Source: Pelagomonas calceolata (taxonomy: Eukaryota). Taken from it: a DNA stretch of 64,000 nucleotides. The notes under the pieces were generated by a model, which saw nothing but the letters and a program-made list of their open reading frames with translations, had not been told where the DNA came from and searched no databases. Each line of letters opens with the position of its first letter. Positions within the stretch are counted from its first letter, which is position 1. Both the position numbers and the translations under genes were made by a program. Positions 10,820 through 21,464 of this stretch are shown here, piece after piece. The stretch spans positions 2,108,001 to 2,172,000 of the forward strand of contig CAKKNE010000001.1 in the NCBI GenBank assembly GCA_918797485.1, in the 5' to 3' direction.

Positions 10820-10984
10820 TACCACTAGACCACTGAGCCGGAAACCGGGCTGACCACTGAGTCTTTAGAACTCATCAGCGGGGAATTGAACCCCGGACCT
10901 CATGCGTATACACATAGAGTATAGCTCGCAATTTAGTGAAAAACTCCCTAAGATTCCTCCCGGTTTTACACGGGTCGAGAATCA
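10820..10984 (-). tRNA. Circularly permuted tRNA-Pro(AGG) with four introns
   Basis: Exons in transcript order 10984-10976, 10952-10946, 10930-10925, 10900-10876, 10851-10847, 7-nt linker, then 5' part 10839-10820; rejoined = 72-nt GGCTCAGTGGTCTAGTGGTATGATTCTCGCTTAGGGTGCGAGAGGTCCGGGGTTCAATTCCCCGCTGAGCCC; BHB-like motif at every junction. Confidence 0.88.
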
Positions 10985-11043
10985 AGGAGGTGTGCGCCTG
11001 CTTCGAAAGCTACTTTCCGCGAAACCGCGGTATGTGGATCGGC

Positions 11044-11080
11044 ATAGAAGAAAACCCGTGATTCGAGAATTGACCCTTTA
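11044..11080 (-). promoter_or_regulatory. Candidate upstream Pol III element for the permuted tRNA
   Basis: TAAAGGGTCAATTCTCGAATCACGGGTTTTCTTCTAT, ending 60 nt before the first exon; matches 8465-8500. Confidence 0.5.
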
Positions 11081-11152
11081 TGCCACTCAGGGTAAGTGGA
11101 GCTATCTCCATCAACTAATGCCCGCAAACCGCCGCCGGCAACGCCAAAAACC

Positions 11153-11869
11153 ATGAGCGCTGCGAATTCACAGCCACGGCCATCGATGCGGACCGTAGTC
11201 CAAGGCATCATCGACAGCCAGCAAAGCCGGGCGCTTGTCCAGCCGGCGGCGGGGCGCGCGCCACTGCTCCTACGCGTCAAAGGTACGCTGATGTGCGAGG
11301 AATACGACGAGCGACACGAGCTGCGCGTCATGAACTGCGCCGGCGGGATGCAAGCGGCGGAGTCCTTCGACGAGTACATGCAGGTGGTCGTGGGCGAGAT
11401 AGTCGCGCTACGGGATGCGGTACTCATGTTCTTCCCGCCCGACCCAGCGGAGAGTGAAGGTAATAACGATCATGTCCTCCTGAGCTTGTGGCACGAAGGC
11501 CTCCGGTCTGTACTCGCGCACCTGGGCGTCCCGTGGCCGCTGGGAGAGGCACTGGAGTGCGTCGACATCCGGGACTTCGACGGGCTCGACGACGATCGCG
11601 ACGCCGTGGCGGACATCGACACTTGGCAAATCCTGCATGACGCGATGGACCGGCTCACGGAGCGGTGCATGGGCAACACGATCGACACCTACAAGCTACT
11701 GGGCGCGCCGCACGAGGCCGACGGGACTGTGGAGACGCATCAAGACGGCCTGTGCTGGGCCGTGGCGGTTGAGGGCAAATTTGAACAGGACTTTGGCAAG
11801 GAATGCGACCCGGAGTACGAACCCCCTCTGCCGGTCTGGGGCCGGGGCTCCCTAGGTCAAAACTACTGA
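11153..11869 (+). CDS. Hypothetical acidic protein
   Basis: Intronless ORF with GC3-biased codons. Confidence 0.6.
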   Translation: MSAANSQPRPSMRTVVQGIIDSQQSRALVQPAAGRAPLLLRVKGTLMCEEYDERHELRVMNCAGGMQAAESFDEYMQVVVGEIVALRDAVLMFFPPDPAESEGNNDHVLLSLWHEGLRSVLAHLGVPWPLGEALECVDIRDFDGLDDDRDAVADIDTWQILHDAMDRLTERCMGNTIDTYKLLGAPHEADGTVETHQDGLCWAVAVEGKFEQDFGKECDPEYEPPLPVWGRGSLGQNY

Positions 11870-11991
11870 TGTCCGCTGTGGTTGTGATACTAAGTGTAAA
11901 AGAATATAGTTATATCTGGGCGCGTGTCGGGGTCGCGTCGATGGCGCACAGTAAAGTTGCAGAAACCTTCGAGTTACCACGCGCGCAGCGA

Positions 11992-14561
11992 CTACTTCGA
12001 CGCCCCCGCATGACTAGCAATAAGCTCGTCCACGATCCCGGGATCCGCGAGCGTCGACGTGTCGCCCAGCCCGGACACGTCCGCACCTTCCGCCGCGATC
12101 TTGCGCAGGATGCGGCGCATGATCTTGCCGGAGCGCGTCTTCGGCAGGCCCGTCGGCGCCCAGTGGAACGTGTCCGGCGACGCGAAGGCCGCGACGTCCG
12201 CGCGCGCGCGCAGCTTCAGCTCCTTGGCCAGCTCGTCGCCGGCCTGGCCCTCGGCGTCCTGCGTCAGCGTGACGAACGCGTACAACGCCGAGCCCTTGAC
12301 GTCGTGCGGGACGCCCACGAGCGCGGCCTCGGCGACCTGCGTTGTGTTGTATTGTTGGCGCGTCGCGTCGATGGCGTGTCGCGTCGATGGCGTGCTGGGG
12401 GACGCCGCAAAAGCTCACCGCGGGGTGCGCCACGAGCGCCGACTCGACCTCCGCCGTGCCGATGTTGTGGCCCGACACCACCACCACGTCGTCGACGCGG
12501 CCCGTGATCCAGTAGTGGCCGTCCGCGTCGCGCCGCGCGCCGTCGCCCGTCAGGTAGTAGCCGTCGTAGCTGAAGTACGTGTTCTCGAACCGCTCGTGGT
12601 CGCCCCAGCACGTCCGCGCCATCGACGGCCACGGCTGCTTCAGCACCAGCAGCCCCTTGGCCTCCTCGCCAATGACCGCCGGGATCTCGGCGCCCGTCGC
12701 CGCGTCGAGCAACGCGGGCACGCAGCCGGCGACGGGCGTCATGGCCGCGCCGGGCTTGTGCGGGCCCGCGCCGGACGCCATCGTCGGCGCGATCTGGATG
12801 ACGCCCGTCTCGGTCTGCCACCACGTGTCGGCCTGCGTTTCGGACGCGCTGATCGACGGCGCGCCGCGGCGATGGCGTTAGGACGCCGCGAAACGCACGA
12901 CGGGGCAGCGGTCGTCGCCCACGACCTCGCGGTACCACCGCCAGGCCTCCGGATTGATCGGCTCGCCGACGGAGCCCAGCAGCTTGAGCGACGCGCGCGA
13001 CGTGGACGTGACGGGGTCGTCGCCGGAGCGCATGAGCGCGCGGATCGCCGTCGGCGCCGTGTAGAGGTGCGTCACCTTGTGCTGGTCGACGATGCGCCAG
13101 AGGCGGCCCGCGTCGGGCCACGACGGCACGCCCTCGAAGACGATCTGCGTCGCGCCGTTCAGCAGGGGGCCGTAGGCGACGTAGGTGTGGCCCGTGATCC
13201 AGCCGCAGTCGGCCGTACAGAACCAGACGTCGTCCGCGCGGACCGGCGCGTCGAAGACCGTCCGGAACGAGTGGCCCGCGCCGACCATGTAGCCGCCCGT
13301 GGCATGTACAATACCTTTGGGCGCGCCCGTGCTCCCAGACGTGTAGAGGATGAAGAGCGGGTCCTCGGCGGCCATCCACTCGACGTCTGAGCCGTCGGTG
13401 GACGTGACGACGTTGTGCCACCACGCCTCGTCGGCGGCGAGTTGCGGTTCCGGGTACGCGGCGTCGTCGAGGCGCCGCAGGATCACCGCGCCGCCCGCGA
13501 CCGGCGTGCCCTGGTCCCGCGCCTGCGTAGGCATGCCGCGTCGATGGCGTCCGGCGGGGTCCTCTCGCCACGCACAGCGAGACGCGTGCCGCGAGAACGC
13601 GGGGGAGGATCCCAAGGCGGCGCGAGCCCCAAGGCGCGTCGCGCGACGCAAGGACGAGCAAAGAACAAAAGGACAAACAACAAAAGAAGGACGCCGCAAA
13701 AACACAGAAGCGAGCGCGTCCTTGGCGATGCCCCACAGGTCGATGACCTTGCCGCCGCGGCGCACGCCGTCGGCGGCGATGACGCACGTCGCGCCCGCGC
13801 TGGCGATGCGCGACGCGAGCGAGTCCCGCGAGAAGCCGCCGAAGACCACCGTGTGCACGGCGCCGATGCGCGCGCACGCGAGCATGGCGATCGCGAGTTC
13901 GGGGACCATCGGCATGAACAGCGCGACGCGGTCGCCCTTCTTGACGCCCCGGGCCCGCAGCGCCGCCGCGAGCTTCTTCGTCTCCTCGAGGGCCTCGGCG
14001 TAGGTGTAGGTCTCCGGCTGTAAGGGCGACGTCTCGCCTTCATCATTTCTCTCGGCGATGAAGCAGAGCTTGTCGCCCAGGCCCGCCTCGACCTGGCGGT
14101 CCAAACAGTTGTAGGCGATGTTCGTCGCGCCGTCCTCGAACCAGCGCGCCGCGATGGGCCCCGCGCTGCGCTTAAAGTTCGCGCTGTACACATTCGATCT
14201 ATCAAACGGCGTCTGCCAGTGGTAGCGGTCGGCCTCGGACGCCCAGAAGCCGGACGGGTCGTCGAGGGACGCCTTGTAGGCCTCGGCGGCGCCGTCCGCC
14301 GTCAGCGCGGCCTGGGCCTCGAAAGCCTCGGGCAGCGGCGGGCAGTAGTCCTCGAGGGCCTGCGCGCGGCGGGTTTCGGCGTTTTGTGTCATTGCAGCTT
14401 CGCGTCGACGGCGTCATCAGCAAAGCGAGAAGGCACCGCGACGGGTTGCGACGCGGCCGGCGCACCGCCGCCGGGCGCTGACTGCTGAGGCGCTTCATGT
14501 GCGGGCGCGGCGCGACGAGCGCTTGCGCCGCCAGCGGCAGGACGAATGGTGTAACTCGCAT
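11992..14561 (-). CDS. ACS: Acetyl-CoA synthetase, plastid-targeted; introns ~14360-14465, 13523-13711, 12833-12898, 12337-12418
   Basis: [42 protein letters not shown] motifs; signal + transit leader. Confidence 0.95.
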
Positions 14562-14871
14562 CGCTGCAACCTGTCCTTCACTCCTGCCGCACCGCGTCGG
14601 CGGCGCGCGGTTGTGCCAGTGCTCTTGCTCTCCTGCCAAAGTGCAGCAGCCCAAAGCCGATCTCGGACGCGGCCGCGCGCCAGCGTGCGCGTCGTCGCGG
14701 AGGAGTCCGTGGCGCCTCGGGAGACGGATGGGCGCGGGGGGTCGGGGCTCGGTGGTCCTCGAGTGTGCGCCGCCGCCCGCGCGGTCTCGATCATGTCCCG
14801 ACGGCTCCGGGCGACGGCCGCGGGGGACGGCCGGCAGGTACTGCGGAAGAATGGAAGTGCCAACTAATTAC

Positions 14872-15412
14872 TTAGAAGGAAGGCTCCTCGGCGTCGCGCG
14901 CGGCGGCCGGCGCCTCGCCCGAAGAGCCGCCCGGGCCCGAGTCCGCGGCGGCTGCCGGCGCGGCCGGCGTCGCGTCGTCGGCGGCGCTCGGGTCCCGCGC
15001 GCTGCTCGACGGCGGCGGCGTTTCGCGGGCGCGGAGCGCGGCTCGCGCGTCTCGCAGGGCCCTAATCCAAGTTGTGGCCGGGTGCGCCGGAGGTGCGTAA
15101 GATCTGATACTGTAAAAACTTAGGAAGCCTCGCGGATCCACTTGTCGTCGTCGTCGGGCGCGTAGATCAATGTGCCGTTGTCCAACCGAATTTGATACGG
15201 AGCAAAGAACCCAGGCTCGAAGCTTTCCTCGTGGTAGTGGAGCTTGATGACACGGCCTGGTGCCCATGTGCCTCCTCTGGCACACTCGACGCGCGCGCCG
15301 ACGGCGAAGCGTAGGGAGACGTCGAACGACAATACCTCAATTTACATCTAACACACCGCGGCGCGTTGTGGGCCAGTGGGGCGGCGCAGGCGGCGCAAGT
15401 TGTGAGGATCAT
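14872..15412 (-). pseudogene. Chimeric/truncated MYND-type Zn-finger family relic
   Basis: MILTTCAACAAPLAHNAPRCVRCKLRYC (half MYND) joined out of frame to LRFAVGARVEC...APYQIRLDNG domain, then AHPATTWIRALRDARAALRARETP tail. Confidence 0.55.
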
Positions 15413-17298
15413 TTTGCGTTGGCGGGGTCTGTGAGGGTCGCGGCGGCGGCCGGCGGCGTGTACGTGGGAAACCCGTTTTGTTGCTTTTGTTTTTTCCCCC
15501 GCGCCGCGCGCACAGTTGTTTGAGGGACGTTCGGTTCGCTACTGGTCCCAAGAGAGCAGTGGGACACTTACTGGGGGCCGAAAAAAATAATTTCTTGATG
15601 TCGCGATACTGACGACGCCGCCATGGCGGGCGCGTCGGTGGAATCCTGTCGATTCGTGGTCCGGAGGTCTCTCGGAGGTCGCTTAGGGTCGGTACCAGAC
15701 GTACGCAAGCGCCTACACCGCATGCGCGGCCGCTTCCATCGGTGGATACATATAGGCAAGGTGCTTGGCAGTGCGCGGACATCTACCATGATCCCCCAAA
15801 GTTTTTGATCCAGAGCTCTCTGGAGAGCCCCAAGCACCAGCGCATGCGGTGTCGGCGACTACCCGACCCCAGACCTATCCCAAACATTGTCCGAGAGCCG
15901 ATCAGCATCCGAAAAAAGTAAATAATTTGGGCCCGATGGCGCCCCGTTCCCGTCAAATACGCAATTACCCGAGGGCCCCCAGTAGTCGCCGTAGCGGTCT
16001 CGTCGGACCCCATACTACCCCAACGGTAGTCAACTACAAGTATATGACATCTACATTATAAGAAGGGTACTTTTGGCTGCCCACGCTTGGGACGTGAACA
16101 TCTTGATCTGGACCTCGCGCAAGTCGGTCGATCATAGAAAAAATGATCGCGTCATGGTCCATGGTGATGGTACACGGGCTGACGGTCGCAGATCCAAGTA
16201 ATTTGCCGATCTTAGCAAGATCATGGGCTCGCGAGACCGACTACCCGCGCCGAGCATCTTTGGGTCTCGGAGCAATGTAGTACACAATCAGGCCAGTTAT
16301 CTGGCCCGTCCCACACCCGAAGCGCCTGAAACGCAAATTTATTTCATAACTCACGGGCCTGGGGCCTTTCCAGTGCCCCGCGTATGCACCGTCGTCCGCG
16401 GAGAACGGGCAAGTCGGTCGATCGTGAATAGAACAACGGCGTTATGGTCCATCTGGATGGTGGCGTCGCTGATACCCGCAGGTGTAGGCACCAAGCTGAT
16501 TTTGGATACACGTGGGGGCGCGAAGTTGACGAATCGCGAGGCTCTAACGGAATATCTAAAATAGCTCAGTGTGCGCTGATGTGGGCTAGATTGAATCTAC
16601 CACTAACAAACGAAAGGAAACGAACATAAACTCGGGAGTTGTCTAGTAGAATTCTTTTCCCGCCCTCCGAGCGCGGGCCGTCGGCTCCGGTTCCGCCGAA
16701 CTTGTATGAAAACTGGGCTGGAGTTGATATAATGTCCTATCCGGACGGTAGATGGCGGCGTCAATCGCTGGTCTATTTTGGCAAGTCGTAAGACTCATCC
16801 GCGAATGTCGCGGGTGGTGCCTTCCGGGAGGCGCGAGGGTATGTTCCCGGGCAGCTATTCTGAAATATTTGGTCGCGGCGATCGACTGGGATGTATTCTG
16901 AATTTGGGTCATTCTTTTGACGCTATCGAGGCGTGTCTTCAGATTTGCTAGTATGTCACATGCTAGCTTCTTGCTGCTTCCCCGGGCGCTATTCGTAAAG
17001 AAATGGTCTCAGTGGACGACTATGATGAATTATGAATTTGGGAGGTCACTTTTAGTCATTTCGAGGCGGATCTTCGAATTGGGGGCAGTGGCGGTTCCTC
17101 GTCCACTACTATATTTAAAATATAGTAGTTGTTAATAATTGATCCCGGCGAACGACGCTCACGTAGAGGAGGAACTGACCCAAACAGAGGCAATGCATGT
17201 CACGTATCTCTACACAATGCGTCTAGCCCCCCGCGCCACCGCCGCGACGCCGCGGCGATGACGGACGATGCGTCTAGCGGCGACGACGGACGAGGCGT

Positions 17299-17906
17299 CT
17301 AGCCCCCCTTGTTCTTCTTGGGCTTCGGCGCCTTGATCGCCGCGACGGGCTCCGGCGCGGCCCGCGCCCCAGACAACTTGGCCGCGACGTACATGACCAC
17401 GAAGACGACGGGGAAGATGCCAAGCCCGATGATGAGCGCGTTGCGGCCCGTGTACTCGACCCAGGGCAGGTAGGCGTGGTACCAGCGCGGGACGCAGTGG
17501 ACGCCGAGGCGCGACCGCTCGCTCGGCGACACGCCCTCGCAGGCGTTGTTGTAGCCCGCCGCCGTGAGGAGGGACCGCGTCGCGAGCGTCGCGTTCTCCA
17601 GCGCGGGGAAGGGGTCCGCGCCGGCGGCGAGCGCCGCCTCGACCTGTGCGCAAATCGACCAGTGAGTCCGTTGCGTCGATGGCGTGCAGCTCATGATGAA
17701 GCCGTGGGCGGCGACGCGCCGCGACATTTGATTTATGCGCTGGCCTCGACGGTCGCGACGTCGTCGCCCGCGGCCGCGGCCGCGAGTTTCGCCGCGCAGC
17801 CGGCGTCTCCATCAGCCTCGCAGGCCTGGAGGAACGCGGGCTTGGCCGCGCCGTCGGCCGTCGCCGCGGCGAGCGCCATCGCCCCCAGGATAAGTTTTTG
17901 CCACAT
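17299..17906 (-). CDS. Secreted/type-I membrane protein, one introner intron (17644-17750)
   Basis: MWQKLILGAMALAAATA signal; C-terminal TM and Lys-rich tail; frame restored by removing the intron. Confidence 0.7.
17644..17742. mobile_element. Short introner element, degenerate TIRs, perfect 8-bp TSD GCCTCGAC
   Basis: TSD at 17636-17643 and 17743-17750; ends CTGTGCGCAAATC...GATTTATGCGCTG. Confidence 0.8.
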
Positions 17907-18132
17907 TATCCTTTTTTTATCGCGCTTGCTTGCACGCGTCACGCCTCGCTCTTGTCCGACGTGAGTGATAAAGCGGTTGCTTGACGCGCGTCGTAGTCTC
18001 TTGCAGCCTAAAATAGCCACGTGTCGTCGTGGCTCCAGGATTATTTTTAGCTTTTTCCTGGCTGGTAAAGACACTAGCAAGCGTGCGCGGGATAAGGATT
18101 GGGAAGCGAGAGATTCAAATTCGATTACTCCC

Positions 18133-21100
18133 TCAAGTGGGCGCCGCCGACGACGCCGGCGCAGGAGGCAAGGGCTCCTTCGCGGGCGACGGCCACGCGG
18201 GCACCTTCGGCAAATAAGAGACGGGGTCCGTGGACCGCGGCGCCGAGTCGCTGGACGCGGACGAGCCCGGCGAGCCGCCGGCCTCGGCCGCGGGCGCCGG
18301 CGCCTCGGCGACAACCGGCGGCGCCAGTACCGTCACCCAGCCGCGCTGGATGTCGTATTTCAGATCGGCCTTCGTGCCGCCCAGCGCGACGTACTCGCGC
18401 GCCGTCGTCGCCGCCTTGTACAGCTCGTAGCGCTCCGCGGACTTGCCCTTCTTCGGGTTCTCCTGCCGGACGGAAATCGGCGCCGCCCGTTCGATGAGCA
18501 ACGCGGCGTCGCGCGTCTGCGGCGACGGCCGCGGCCGTTTCCGCTTTTTCGTCTCGCCGTCCGAGCCCCGGTCGTCGAACGACACCGGCCCGTCGTGCCG
18601 CGGCAGGGCCGCCCGTCTCTTGAGGCGGTCCGCGCGCGAGGGCTTCCTTTCCACGTCCGTTTCAACGGGCCGCAGCGCGAGCTGCCTCCTTGTATGTATG
18701 GCCGCGGCGTTGGCGTGGGCCGCGTCGTTGACGTCGCAGGCCGGCGCGTCCTCCGAGTCGTAGTCGACCAAACGCGCGTCCCTCGCTAGAATGTAGCCGT
18801 TGCCGTCGCACAACGCTAATAAACGCAGCGCCGCGCCCGCGAGGTCGAACGACCTAGCTTTGCCCGTGCCTGCGTCGACGGCGTTCTCGCGGCGATGGCG
18901 TCGATGGCGTGGAGTGGCGTAGAACACGCCATCGCCGCGACGCGTCGACGGCGTCAGCAACGGCATCGCGTGGCGGGGGCACAGAGCACGCCATCGCCGC
19001 GACGCGTTGACAGCAACACGACGTCGTGTCGAAGAAACAAAAAGGACGCGGCCAAAGCACGGTGCCAGATCGTGCAGCCCTTGCGCGCCATGGCGTAGAG
19101 TAACAATTCGCCCCCCTCGAAGTGCGCCGACGACGCGGGCACGACGACCGCCGGTACTAAATCTTCCCGGCAGATCGGCCCATCACTAATCACGTACTCG
19201 AGGCACTGCTTCTTCGCGTACCAATCATCAATACGGCCGTCCCACCTGACTCTGTATTTGGCGAAGCCGCCTCCCGGTAAGGGCCCGGAACCTTCCTCCA
19301 CAATACCGTACATAGTACCGTACTCTAGCCACCTCCTCCGACACTTCTGGCCGATGCTTACAGTAGAAGAGCGCTCCACTAACAAGGAAGACGTCGGGTC
19401 GTCCGGGGCCTGGGCTAGCCGTCGCGAGTCGACCCAATCTCTGCGAGATACCCACACAACATCACCCTCGCGCGACGCCCAGGTCTCGATGGGCAGCTCC
19501 CTCCGCAATTCCTCGAGGCAGTGCTCGCGGAAGTTGCCCTTCTCGAAGGGCGGCAATGATGGTACGGACCTTGCTACTAAATCTAGAACAATTCTCTTGA
19601 CCGCGGCTCTAGATGGAGGCGCCGCGTCGCACTCCTCAAATTTATCATTCATCGTCTCGTGATCCAAGCACAGGTCGTTCAAGGACGGCGAGAAGGCGAA
19701 GTCGTCGAAGCCTAGCAGGCGTAGCTTGACGTCCAAAGCCAAAAATAAAATACGTCGTCTGAGGTCGGGCGGGATCGCTAATGATAACCGACCTTTGGAG
19801 ACGGCGCCGGCCGCGGCCGCCAACACTTCGAGGTTCTCGAGGCCATCTTCTCCTTGCGCCCCTTCCGGTATTCGCGTGACGAGTCGAGCGCCATTCACTA
19901 GGTCATCAACCTCGTACACACCGCCTCGCTGGACATACTCGTAGCACGCCGGCGCGACGTCCGGCGAGCCCTTCCTTAGTACATTTACTGAATGATGTAG
20001 TCGAGCGTTCCTGGCTACTCGTTCGGCCACGTCGCCCGCTCGCGGTATGAATCGAGGCGCCTCGTAGCGCGGACCGCCTACATCATGGCCTCGCGCTCGT
20101 AACGCTCGTCTCGCTAATTCAGGAGCACTCAACCCGTCCGGCGCGTCGCTCATGTCCTGCCTCGGTTCGAGAGATGACGCAATTTCATCTAGCTCCAACT
20201 CTTCCGACTGACCGTTTAGGTAAAACACCTGGAAGATGTCCAAATGCTCGTAGGTCTTGCCGTCCTTGATGACTTGACCACGCGTCCTCTCGTGGGACAT
20301 GACGACGCCGACGATGGCGCCTCGCAACCCTTTGGGGCATTCCGCGGACTGGCTCTCGCCGTAGCCGTCCCGGTCGCGGCCGCGCAATACGGCTGAACGT
20401 AGTCGCGCGTAGCCCAGTTTCAGGCCCGGACAAATAGAATCGGGGCCGAGCGTCTCGCCCGGCTTCGCTCGAGCTTTACAAGCCTCGCGCATCTCGTGCG
20501 GCGCCCAGTCCTCGCGCCACGCGTTTAGGGAGGACACGGCGTAGGCGCAGCGCTCCTCCGTCGTGACCTGTGTGTTTTTTGTGTGTCTGACGCCATCGAC
20601 GCGCCGACGCGATACGACGGACGCCGCAATGCATACGTGGTAGCCGAAGGTATACTCGAACTCCTTGTGCGGCGTCGCGAACTCCGCGGGTCTATAAACG
20701 TGGGACAGCGGCGCCGTCGGCAGGCGACAGAACCCGAGCGCTTCGCACTGTTGGACGTCTTTGGGCGCCATCCGGTCGTGGCCGGAAGAAGAAAAGTAAA
20801 TCAAAGAGTACCGTTCGCCCTTGAACGGCAGCGTGCAGTGCGGCTGGTTCCCGTTGAACAACCTCAATTCATTCCTACAAGGCAAGACACCGCGATCGGC
20901 CGTCCAGAGCTCGCCGCCCGTAAATTCACCTAGGGCTATAATCGCAGAAGGGCCGTCGTTCGATTTGTCGGTGTGCATCGCTGAGGCATAAGCGTAGTTC
21001 AGCTGGATCGACGCGAAGGGGAAGCCCTCCGGTAAAATTTTGTCCCCGAACTCGGCCAACAATCGCGCCAACCGCGGCTGCCGTCGCGTCCAGCCCGACG

Positions 21101-21464
21101 GCCGCGCCGGCGCGTGCGAGCGCGAGAGCGCCCCCAGCGTGATGGACCGCACGGCGACGTCCTCGTCGGTCCGCACGTTTTTTCGGTCCTCGTTCTCCTG
21201 CACCTCGCACCGCCGCAGACACGCGAGTACCGTCTCGGCCGTGACCTCGCTCGGCACTTCGTCGAGATCATTATCTTTGTCGCGCTCGCGCTCGGCCCAG
21301 GCTCTTGGCGAGATTTCGAGCTTCGGTGGCTTTGCTTCTGTCGGCTGTGGCGCGTCGAGCGTCGACGCCGGCGGTTTCGCGTCCGCCGGGCCGGCCGGCG
21401 GCGCGGCTTCCGTCGATGCTGCTTGCGCGTCGGTCACCGATTGTGCGGGCGGCGCGCTTTCCAT
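18133..21464 (-). CDS. 2OG-Fe(II) dioxygenase-domain protein (TET/JBP-like) with small basic C-terminal domain; introns ~20568-20638 and ~18870-19060
   Basis: SIQLN...MHTDKSNDGPS..IALGEFTGGELW...FNGNQPHCT.PFKGERYSLIYF (HxD...H...RxS). Confidence 0.65.

Noticed and set aside
10811..10905. Simpler permuted tRNA model split in the anticodon loop (TGTGC/GCATG stem)
   Set aside because: Leaves a truncated D arm and no anticodon; the four-intron model gives a perfect cloverleaf
8465..11080. TIRs of a transposon enclosing the tRNA array
   Set aside because: No TSD or transposase seen; each copy sits at a similar distance upstream of a tRNA gene, which fits a promoter element better
10902..11156. 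84-aa ORF on +
   Set aside because: Antisense to the permuted tRNA and its upstream element; no protein features
16558..16600. TAGCTCAGT A-box-like sequence
   Set aside because: No matching T arm or acceptor stem found nearby
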